DNA from: Candidatus Saccharimonadota bacterium
GTDB lineage: Bacteria; Patescibacteriota; Gracilibacteria; UBA1369; 2-02-FULL-48-14
Length of the DNA: 32,000 bases
Direction of reading: 5' to 3'
Assembly: GCA_016699145.1 (NCBI GenBank)
Contig: CP064962.1
Coordinates: 1 to 32,000, forward strand
Shown here: positions 1 to 7,349 of the stretch, in pieces
Layout: every line of letters begins with the position of its first letter
How positions within the stretch are numbered: position 1 is the stretch's first letter
Made by a program: the position numbers and the translations under genes
The notes under the pieces: model-generated
What the model was told of the DNA's origin: nothing
Databases searched by the model: none
Seen by the model: only the letters and a program-made list of their open reading frames with translations

Positions 1-15
1 CAGTCTAACAAGACC

Positions 16-1245
16 ATGAGCAATTAAAGACTCAAGCAAATTTTTCTTCATTGGCATCAGGCATTGGCATGAGTGGTCTCGCCCGTAACTTCTGAAGGCA
101 CAAGGCAAGGAGGTGACTGGGAGCGATTCCGTACGCAGTTCCACCATTGAAGGTTGCAGGAAAGGTTTCGCCATCGCCATCGGGCCGTGGTACATCACCT
201 CGATCCAGAAATCGACTGCGTGATTTACAACGGGGCCATTCCCGACACCAATCGTGAACTTCAAAAAGCCCGTGAACTCGATATTCCCGCACTCACTTAT
301 TTCCAAGCCCTGGGAGAAATGTCTCGCGACTACCGTGTGATCGCTATCGAAAGCAGTCGGCAAAACCACCACCACCGCCATGCTCACCCACATTTTGGAA
401 GCCGCCGATAAGAAGACCCCACCGTTATTGTGGGCGGCAAACTCAAGAATTCGGAAACAAAAAATGTGCGCGTGGGTGAGAGCGATTTATTCGTCGTGGA
501 AGCCTGTGAATACCGCCGCAACTTCATGAGTCTCAATCCCGACCTCCTGGGCATCACCAATATCGAACTCGACCATCTCGATTACTTCAAAGATCAAGCC
601 GATTATGAAAAAGCCTTCAATCAACTCGCTGCTCAAAGTGAAGAAGTGCTGTGGCCGGACGATTTCAGTGAATACGAAGGGGAGGTGGGAGTGCCCGGTC
701 AACACAATCTTGCAAACGCCGGCCTCGCCGCCGCGCTCGCGCGCCGGCTCGGCTGCCCCGAAGGCGCCATTGCCCAAGCCTTGAGCGACTACCAAGGCGC
801 TTGGCGCCGCTTCGAATTTAAAGGAGAAACCCTTTACGGAGCAAAAATTTACGACGACTACGCCCACCACCCCAGCGAAATCCGTGCGACCTTGGAGAGT
901 ACCCGAGAAAAATTCCCAGACGCTCGCCTCGTAGCCGTTTTTCAACCCCATCAATACAGTCGAACCGCAGCCCTGCTCGATGATTTTGCCGAAGCCTTTG
1001 AAGACGCCGACGAAGTGCTCATCCCCAATATTTATGCTGCCCGCGACACCGACGAAGACAGGCGCGCAGTTTCCGCCGAATCCCTGGTCGATGCCATTGC
1101 TCAGCATCACGACAACGTTCACCACGAAGCCGGCCTCGAAAACACCGCCTCTTACCTCGAAGACTCTCTCGAAGAAGGCGACGTGCTCATTGTGATGGGC
1201 GCAGGGGATGTGAACACGATCATTCCTTCTCTTTTAAACGGATGA
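16..1245 (+). pseudogene. murC: UDP-N-acetylmuramate--L-alanine ligase MurC. The 3' two-thirds is intact (ORF 430..1245); the 5' third is broken by about six frameshifts.
   Basis: MurC hallmarks are spread over three frames: GIGMSGLARN, LLKAQGKEVTGSDS, DPEIDCVIYNGAIPDTNRELQKARELDIP and the GKTTTTAMLTHILEAADK P-loop. The intact ORF then carries HNLANAGLAAALA, DDYAHHPSEI and FQPHQYSRT. Frame changes occur near 25, 59, 90, 150-190, 357 and 411. Confidence 0.85.
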
Positions 1246-1867
1246 AGCTTTATCTCTCTTCGTACAAACTGGGCAATGAAGCCGAAACCCTCAAAAGTGG
1301 TTATCTTCCACGCAAAAGCGAGTGGGCTACATTTCCAACGCGTTAGATTCCGCCGAAAACGACGAAGAGTGGCGAACTGAATTTACAGGCGAAGACAAAA
1401 AAGAACTTGAAAACTTAGGCTTGAAAGTCGAAGAACTTGATCTCAAAAATTATTTTGGCCAAAAAGAGAAACTGCGTGCAAAACTTCAGCAGCTCGATAT
1501 GCTATGGGTGAGTGGAGGCAATACTTTTATTCTAAGGCAGGCCATGAAACTCTCAGGTCTAGATGAACTTTTACAAGAACTTCGAGGGAATGCTTCTTTT
1601 GTTTATGGAGGCTACAGCGCAGCAGGCTGTGTTTTATCTCCAAACCTTGAACACCTACAAACGGTCGATGACCCCACCCAACACCCTTATGCGAATTTTA
1701 AAGAGACAATTTGGGAAGGACTTGCTTTTATCGATTATGCTTTTTTACCTCATTATGAATCCGACCATCCTGAATCGGCAGACATCGATAAAGAAGTCGC
1801 TTACTGTGAGCACAACAAAATCCCCTACCGTACACTTCGCGATGGGGAAGTGATCCTTCTCTTTTAA
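1242..1867 (+). pseudogene. S51 family peptidase (dipeptidase E-like) with one frameshift near its 5' end
   Basis: ATG 1242 overlaps the murC stop (ATGA). MKLYLSSYKLGNEAETLK reads in the frame of 1242, then KWLSSTQKRVGYISNALD continues in the frame of ORF 1322..1867. Family motifs are VSGGNTFIL and the GGYSAAG nucleophile elbow. The break is at the A4 run 1293..1296. Confidence 0.7.
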
Positions 1868-1885
1868 TAACTCACCACATACAAA

Positions 1886-2176
1886 ATGTCCCTCTTCTAC
1901 AACCGCACGGAGACCGCTAAAGAAATAACGATTGTTTATAAATACCAGGCTCTCAATTACATTGTAATTTTGGCCCTCATTTTCATGCCAGTATTAACAG
2001 AGCCCTTTCTTTCTCTCATTTTATTAGCAGTCATTTCCATAACCCTACTGGCACAAATTATAGGGAAGTGGTCTCCAAACCAAGAGATTAAACGGGCCAT
2101 GAAAGAGGGGTGCGTCAAAATGTCCGGTTCAAAATTTTCCCTCAAAAATCCACTGACTGTAAGAATTGAGAAATAG
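1886..2176 (+). CDS. hypothetical small membrane protein (two hydrophobic helices)
   Basis: A 96-aa ORF with two hydrophobic segments (YIVILALIFMPVL and LSLILLAVISITLLAQIIG). The local sequence is AT-richer by eye. I recognise no family. Confidence 0.4.
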   Translation: MSLFYNRTETAKEITIVYKYQALNYIVILALIFMPVLTEPFLSLILLAVISITLLAQIIGKWSPNQEIKRAMKEGCVKMSGSKFSLKNPLTVRIEK

Positions 2177-2379
2177 TTTATGTAAAAATCAAACTGAATG
2201 AAGCAGTAATCCTTATCTCCTAGCTCTCCCCGCTTTGACCCTTTATAGAATTCAAGAAAAAAAAGAAACAACTGGCGCAAATGTTCACGGAGCTCAATCA
2301 AGACGACGAAACTTTAGCCTTGGCAGAGGCAGGCATGGGGGATTACAAAGCACAACTCACGATCAACTAGAGCCCACCT

Positions 2380-3696
2380 CTAAATCCTCGGCCTCACTGT
2401 GCTCTCGTCTTTTTTGTCTTCCACGTCATAACCGAGCGCCGCGAGTTGATTGCGTAAATCGTCGCTTTTTGCCCAGTCTTTTCGAGCACGAGCGTCAGCA
2501 CGCTCAGCGAGCAAAACCTGCGCCTCTTCGCTCACGATAAAATCCACAGGCAAAACATGCAGCACTGCATTCACGGCCTCCAACGTGGCCTGTACCTTTG
2601 TGGGTTCGGCCTTCATCCATTCATAAATCACCGAAAGCGCGCCTGCCACATCCACATCGTTGTCCATTTTTTCTTTCAACGCCGCAATCAGGGTTACCTC
2701 CGCTTCAACCGAGCCATCCAAATGATTCAAATAAAATTCATCCATGCCTTTCAAAGCGCTGCGGGCTTGCTCCAGCATTTCAATCGAATATTCAATGGGG
2801 GAGCGGTAATGTGTGCCCAATAAAAAGAAGCGCACCACACGAGGATGATAACTCTTAAAAATTTCCTTCAGCGTGAAAAAATTCCCCAGCGACTTGCTCA
2901 TCTTTTCGCTGTCCACCGTGATGTAACCGTTGTGCATCCAAATGTCCGCAAGCAACTCACCGCTGGCCGCTTCACTCTGAGCCAATTCACATTCATGATG
3001 AGGGAATTTTAAATCCAGCCCACCGCCGTGGATATCAAAATGGTCGCCCAAAAGCGTAGAACTCATGGCGCTGCATTCAATGTGCCAGCCTGGACGCCCA
3101 TCGCCCCAAGGGCTTTTCCAAAACGGCTCACCTTCTTTCTTGAATTTCCACAGCACAAAATCTTGATGATTGCGCTTGTCTTTGCGTTCTTCCACTCGAG
3201 CCCCTGCATTCAATTCCTCCAACTTTTGATGAGACAATTTTCCATACGCAGGAAAAGTCGTGATATCAAAATACACACCGTCTTCCAAAACATAAGTGCA
3301 GCCTTTTTTTTCAAGCGTTTGAATGATGGAAATCATTTGCGGCACAAATTCAGTCGCACGAGGATTGTGCGTAGGGGCTTTCACGCCCAAGGCTCCGTAA
3401 TCGGCTTTGTATTCAGGAATGATACGCTCAGCCAACTCATCCACACGGATGCTTTCTTTCGCAGCCCTATCGATCATTTTGTCATCGATGTCAGTGGTGT
3501 TGAAAGTAAAAACCACTTCGTAGCCTGAAAACTCCAAAAAACGTCGAATCACATCAAAAGCCACGGCACTGCGTCCATGCCCCAAATGCGCAAAATCATA
3601 CACAGTGGGGCCACACACATAGATGCCCACTTTTTCACCAGGCTTTTTTTTAAAAGCCACTTTTTCACCTTTCAAACTGTCATAAAATTGAATCAT
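2380..3696 (-). CDS. cysS: cysteine--tRNA ligase
   Basis: The HIGH-type motif (FAHLGHGRS), the KMSKS motif ([10 protein letters not shown]) and WHIECSAM are present. The start was trimmed to [12 protein letters not shown] (ATG 3694..3696), which overlaps the yggT stop as ATGA. The ORF-track start at 3819 lies inside yggT. Confidence 0.93.
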   Translation of the reverse strand: MIQFYDSLKGEKVAFKKKPGEKVGIYVCGPTVYDFAHLGHGRSAVAFDVIRRFLEFSGYEVVFTFNTTDIDDKMIDRAAKESIRVDELAERIIPEYKADYGALGVKAPTHNPRATEFVPQMISIIQTLEKKGCTYVLEDGVYFDITTFPAYGKLSHQKLEELNAGARVEERKDKRNHQDFVLWKFKKEGEPFWKSPWGDGRPGWHIECSAMSSTLLGDHFDIHGGGLDLKFPHHECELAQSEAASGELLADIWMHNGYITVDSEKMSKSLGNFFTLKEIFKSYHPRVVRFFLLGTHYRSPIEYSIEMLEQARSALKGMDEFYLNHLDGSVEAEVTLIAALKEKMDNDVDVAGALSVIYEWMKAEPTKVQATLEAVNAVLHVLPVDFIVSEEAQVLLAERADARARKDWAKSDDLRNQLAALGYDVEDKKDESTVRPRI

Positions 3697-3938
3697 AAAT
3701 AGGCATTGATGAGGGAACGGATGATTTGCATCAAAAGGAGCAAAATGAGCGGTGAAAAGTCCAGCATGCCCATTTGTGGAAGCACGCGTCGCAGCGGAGC
3801 TAAAAAAGGCTCCGTGCATTGGTTTAACAGTTGTACCAAAGCGCCTTCGGTTCTAAACCACGAAAAAATCACCCGCAAAAAAACAAGCACAATCAGCAGG
3901 TCGATGAGAATATTGAGAGTTTGCTTTAAAAAATCCAT
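3693..3938 (-). CDS. yggT: YggT family membrane protein
   Basis: An 81-aa protein with two TM segments and the YggT pattern (RVIFSWF...TEPFLAPLRRVLPQMGMLDFSPLI). Confidence 0.8.
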   Translation of the reverse strand: MDFLKQTLNILIDLLIVLVFLRVIFSWFRTEGALVQLLNQCTEPFLAPLRRVLPQMGMLDFSPLILLLLMQIIRSLINAYL

Positions 3939-3954
3939 ACAAAGATGTGCATGG

Positions 3955-3986
3955 ATATTAGAGGTTAAGTCAAAAAAAAACCAGAG
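3955..3986 (-). promoter_or_regulatory. copy 1 of a conserved motif of about 32 nt upstream of yggT-cysS (candidate promoter, TAATAT as the -10)
   Basis: The minus strand reads CTCTGGTTTTTTTTTGACTTAACCTCTAATAT and ends 16 nt before the yggT ATG. It matches 22716..22747 at 26 of 32 positions. Confidence 0.35.
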
Positions 3987-6125
3987 CTATGCGCGTGCAC
4001 GTCGTCTCAACATCACATAACCGAGCGCCCCCAAAGTGCTGAGCAGCACCAAGGCATTCATGGCCGGTCCCGTTTCAGGAGTTCGATCCACATCTTGATC
4101 CAGCGTCGTAGACACAGGGTAGGTGGGCACCGTACTGCTTGGAGCACTTGCGCCTTCTTTCATTTCAGGCACCCCAAGCACGGCTTCACCCGCTTCACTT
4201 TCATTGCCCTCCACATCCACCGCTGTCACGGTGAAATAATAAAGTTCATTGGAGAGCAAATCACTGATGGTCCAATGTGTGGAGGAATCGGTGGTTTCTG
4301 AAACGGCAAAGAGCGCCGCTGGGGAAGGTCCGTAATAAACACGATAATAAGCCAAAGGGAGCGTACTTTCAGGGGTCTCCCAACTCAAAGCCACTAAACC
4401 GGGTCCACCGGTCGCACTGAGATTGGTCACGCTGTTCACCATTTTTTCCAAAGCGGGTTCTTGAACGGGCTCCTCATCTTCCACAGGTTCTTCTTCCAAG
4501 CTCACTTTCAAAAGAGCTTCATCTCTATATTGCACCTCATTGCCTAAAGCATCCGCAAGCAGCACATCAATAGAATACTCTCCCTCCATTGAAGGAGCGA
4601 CAAGCAAAACTTCATATTTTCCAGGACTGCTGCTTTCTTCCATACCGTACACTTCACCTTCAAATATCACAGAAGCCTCTTCCAAATCGGCCTCGCTGAG
4701 CACCACCACTTTCACATTCCCCTCGGGTTCCACTCCATTTTCAGGATCCATGCTGAGGGAAACCAATTGAGGAGCAGTGCTGTCGATACGCACGCTCTCG
4801 TTGCTCGATCTTTCCACCAACGCACCCTCTTCATCTCGAATTTCTACATAAATTTCATAATTTCCATCCTCTAAATTTTGAAGAGTGTAGGCAAAACTGT
4901 TGTCGAATTCAATATCCGCTTCACCGGCTTCTTCTTCATTCACAAAAATAAAAGCATGGTGGCCGTATTCCGCTTCACCTTGAATTTCAAGTGTGCCGGA
5001 AGAGTAACTACCCGAAGCAGGACTGATGAGTTCAAAGTCTCCTTCGCGAGCAAAATCGGTGGTTTCAAAATCGGGGTTGTAATCGACGCTAGCGTCTTCT
5101 TCATTAAGCACTTCCGTGCTGGCTTCGCCGTTCACTCGCACGTTGTCGAGGTCAGTCACGCTCAAAGTTTGCTCCCCGAGAGTGACAAATTTAACGCCCA
5201 AACTGAAGGAGTGTTCGCCTTGGTCTTCCGCCAAAAAAGTATAATCGTTGGGCAAGTCGGCCTGTTCATCACTCGAAGAAAAACGAATGCTTCCCGTATA
5301 ATCTGTCACGGTGAATCCTTCTTCATCAATGGCTTTCACAGTCACACTCAAAGAGTCACCCGTGAGACTTTCATCGTCAAGCCCAAGAATCACAAAGGCA
5401 TCCACAGGCCCACTTTCAGCGAGTTGCACAGAAGGTTCTAAGAGCAAGCCCTCCGCAGCCACTTGAGCCGGACCCAAAATGGGCTGACCTAAAGTGGAGT
5501 CAAAGAGTTGAATTTGAGCAATGCCTTCCGAGGAACCCAGTACCGAAAAGTTCATTTGTCCTTTTTCATTGGTCACAAATTCCGAACTGAACACTTGGAC
5601 AGAAGGGGAGTCGGCAGTGGCATACAGGGCATGTCCCATCACAGGATTGCCATAGGCATCTTTCAAAAGCACGTTCATTAAAGTGCTTTGTCGACTGGAG
5701 AGGACACTGCTGCTGAAATGAATGCGAGACTGAGCAAGATCGGGTTCAGCCGCCACCACCTCAAAACTTTGGGCAGCAGTGAAAGAGTTTCGTTTTTTCT
5801 CATAACCCGCTTCCAAAGCATAAGTCCCAGCGCTTTGAAATTCATTGCCGGGCAGGGTTAAAGTTCCCTGACCTTTTTCGTCCAGTTCTACAAGATAAGT
5901 TTTTGCGAGTCCATTCACACTGGTCAATTGCACCTCCACGTCCGCTTGAGCTTCACCTTGCAAGATCACTTGTAAATCGCTCCCAGCCACGGTTTCATCC
6001 ACTTTGGCCAGGCGCAGTTCCTCCGCAGGATGCAGCATTTTCAAGCCCCCGAGCAGCGTCAAAACACCCAACACGACCGCAAGAAGGCGCAAAGTTTTGT
6101 TTTGAAGAAGGAAAGAAGCTGCCAT
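3987..6125 (-). CDS. large cell-surface protein with Ig-like/FN3-like repeats and a sortase-type C-terminal sorting signal (TPETG)
   Basis: N-terminal hydrophobic signal or anchor (MAASFLLQNKTLRLLAVVLGVLTLLGG). Beta-rich repeated segments follow, then an FN3-like region (LVALSWETPES..YYRVYYG..YYFTVTAVDVEGNES). The C-terminus is TPETG (4068..4082) plus a hydrophobic stretch plus RRRARA. The start is placed at the second Met (6125) because a TATAAT box overlaps the first ATG (6147..6149); the alternative end is 6149. Confidence 0.75.
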   Translation of the reverse strand: MAASFLLQNKTLRLLAVVLGVLTLLGGLKMLHPAEELRLAKVDETVAGSDLQVILQGEAQADVEVQLTSVNGLAKTYLVELDEKGQGTLTLPGNEFQSAGTYALEAGYEKKRNSFTAAQSFEVVAAEPDLAQSRIHFSSSVLSSRQSTLMNVLLKDAYGNPVMGHALYATADSPSVQVFSSEFVTNEKGQMNFSVLGSSEGIAQIQLFDSTLGQPILGPAQVAAEGLLLEPSVQLAESGPVDAFVILGLDDESLTGDSLSVTVKAIDEEGFTVTDYTGSIRFSSSDEQADLPNDYTFLAEDQGEHSFSLGVKFVTLGEQTLSVTDLDNVRVNGEASTEVLNEEDASVDYNPDFETTDFAREGDFELISPASGSYSSGTLEIQGEAEYGHHAFIFVNEEEAGEADIEFDNSFAYTLQNLEDGNYEIYVEIRDEEGALVERSSNESVRIDSTAPQLVSLSMDPENGVEPEGNVKVVVLSEADLEEASVIFEGEVYGMEESSSPGKYEVLLVAPSMEGEYSIDVLLADALGNEVQYRDEALLKVSLEEEPVEDEEPVQEPALEKMVNSVTNLSATGGPGLVALSWETPESTLPLAYYRVYYGPSPAALFAVSETTDSSTHWTISDLLSNELYYFTVTAVDVEGNESEAGEAVLGVPEMKEGASAPSSTVPTYPVSTTLDQDVDRTPETGPAMNALVLLSTLGALGYVMLRRRARA

Positions 6126-6147
6126 ACGTACTGAGTTCAATCCGTCC

Positions 6148-6176
6148 ATTATAGCAAAAAATAAGCAAAATCACAA
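6148..6176 (-). promoter_or_regulatory. sigma70-type promoter for the surface-protein gene
   Basis: The minus strand reads TTGTGA, then a 17-nt T-rich spacer ending in TGC (extended -10), then TATAAT. The -10 box lies 22 nt upstream of ATG 6125. Confidence 0.6.
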
Positions 6177-6177
6177 G

Positions 6178-6197
6178 TCTCTAGAGGCCTCTAGAGA
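6178..6197. repeat. perfect 20-bp palindrome TCTCTAGAGGCCTCTAGAGA (candidate operator and/or terminator stem)
   Basis: Read directly from the sequence. It covers the stop codon of the PP2C gene and ends 1 nt from the -35 box of the downstream promoter. As RNA it can fold into an 8-bp stem with a GGCC loop. Confidence 0.9.
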
Positions 6198-7327
6198 GTA
6201 GAACCCGCATTGTGCCAATCGGTAGAGGAAGTTTGAGTACTGGAGTTTTCACAATGTTTCAGCACAATCAAAGTCATGTCATCGAGTTGAACCTCTCCTT
6301 CCATAAAACGTCCCACATCGATGGCGATCTTTTCAAACAGTTCGTTGGGAGTGCTTTCTTCACTCGCTTGGTTTTGAATAAAATTCGAAAGACGAGCAAG
6401 TCCATACACTTCACCTGTCATGTTTTTAGCTTCCACAATTCCGTCGGAATAAAGCACCACAAAATCATTTTCTTCCAGCACCAAATTTTGTTCTTGCACA
6501 TAGGCCTTATTGTCCGCCAGCATGCCCACCGCAATCCCACCCGCTTTCAAACTTTGAATCTGCCCATTTTTAGGTTTAAAATGGATCAAATATTCATGAC
6601 CGGCACCACTCCATTTTAGAGTATGCTGATGAGGCAACCACTCCATTAAAATCATGGTCATGAACATGGTCGGTTTGAGATGAGGTTTCAAATATTTATT
6701 CAAGTTCACCAAAATATCCGTCAGCGAATTTTGAAGATCAATAAAGGTCTCAAGCAGTGCATCCACCATCACCATCACAATTCCCGCCGGAATGCCGTGC
6801 CCGGTGGAATCTCCAATATAAATGAAATAACGCTCACCCTTTTTATAAAAGTCAAAAGTGTCTCCACCAATTTCAGAGGCAGGACGAGTTTTGGCACTGA
6901 TGCAAAGCCCGGGAATGGCAGGGGCTTCTTTAGGGATCAGCAACTGTTGAATTTCTTGAGCCGAATCCAATTCTTTGCGTAAACGTTGATGGTTTTTGAC
7001 TTCACCCGAAATATTTTCAAGATTCCGCGTCACTTCGTTAAAGAAGTGAGCCAAAACACCCACTTCATTTTGCTTGGTGGTCATCACTCGATGGTAGGGC
7101 CTACCGGTGAGCAGCGCCTTCATTTCACGGATGATTTTTTTGAAAGGAAGCGCAATGAATTCATAAAAACCCAAGGCAGCCAGCACCGTAAAAAGACCCA
7201 AAGCAATGCCCAGACGTCCGCTCTCAGAAACATGTTCGGCAGTGAGAACCCAAATCGCCGCGCAAAACACACTTAAAATAAAGAGGAATAAGACATAAAA
7301 ACGAAAGAGGTGGCGGCGGAAGAACAT
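6191..7327 (-). CDS. membrane-bound HAMP-domain PP2C (SpoIIE/RsbU-type) Ser/Thr phosphatase
   Basis: Two N-terminal TM helices, a HAMP-like linker (EVGVLAHFFNEVTRNLENI) and a SpoIIE-type core (GGDTFDF, YIGDSTGHGIPAG, LYSDGIVEA, DDMTLIVL). Confidence 0.85.
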   Translation of the reverse strand: MFFRRHLFRFYVLFLFILSVFCAAIWVLTAEHVSESGRLGIALGLFTVLAALGFYEFIALPFKKIIREMKALLTGRPYHRVMTTKQNEVGVLAHFFNEVTRNLENISGEVKNHQRLRKELDSAQEIQQLLIPKEAPAIPGLCISAKTRPASEIGGDTFDFYKKGERYFIYIGDSTGHGIPAGIVMVMVDALLETFIDLQNSLTDILVNLNKYLKPHLKPTMFMTMILMEWLPHQHTLKWSGAGHEYLIHFKPKNGQIQSLKAGGIAVGMLADNKAYVQEQNLVLEENDFVVLYSDGIVEAKNMTGEVYGLARLSNFIQNQASEESTPNELFEKIAIDVGRFMEGEVQLDDMTLIVLKHCENSSTQTSSTDWHNAGSTL

Positions 7328-7328
7328 C

Positions 7329-7349
7329 GAACTCCATTATAAGGAGTTC
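7329..7349 (-). promoter_or_regulatory. hairpin that occludes the GGAG ribosome-binding site of the PP2C gene, with TATAAT in its loop
   Basis: The minus strand reads GAACTCC-TTATAAT-GGAGTTC followed by GATG. The stem is 7 bp and perfect. The 3' arm contains GGAG 4 nt before the ATG, and the 5' arm starts in the stop codon of the upstream gene. Confidence 0.45.

Noticed and set aside
487-1125. A 212-aa minus-strand ORF. Similar long antisense ORFs occur at 3028..3528, 4878..5441, 11612..12247, 13012..13668, 21376..21822 and 23427..23918.
   Set aside because: Each lies antisense to a gene with strong family motifs (murC, cysS, the surface protein, ribD, ribBA/tsf, the AI-2E transporter, der). 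These are stop-poor shadow frames rather than genes.
2235-2540. A 101-aa plus-strand ORF
   Set aside because: Most of it is antisense to the cysS 3' end and has Arg/Ser-rich shadow composition. Only the short stretch at 2236..2370 was kept, as a low-interest note.
3955-3986. A sigma54 (-24 GG / -12 GC) reading of the CTGG-T9-GAC motif
   Set aside because: The TTGA falls one position off the TGGCAC-N5-TTGC geometry and the -12 GC is absent. No enhancer-binding protein or rpoN is in the window.
6178-6197. The XbaI-StuI-XbaI-like palindrome considered as an engineered linker or cloning scar
   Set aside because: It encodes the last residues and the stop codon of an otherwise native PP2C gene and sits in native promoter context. 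No vector-like sequence is nearby.
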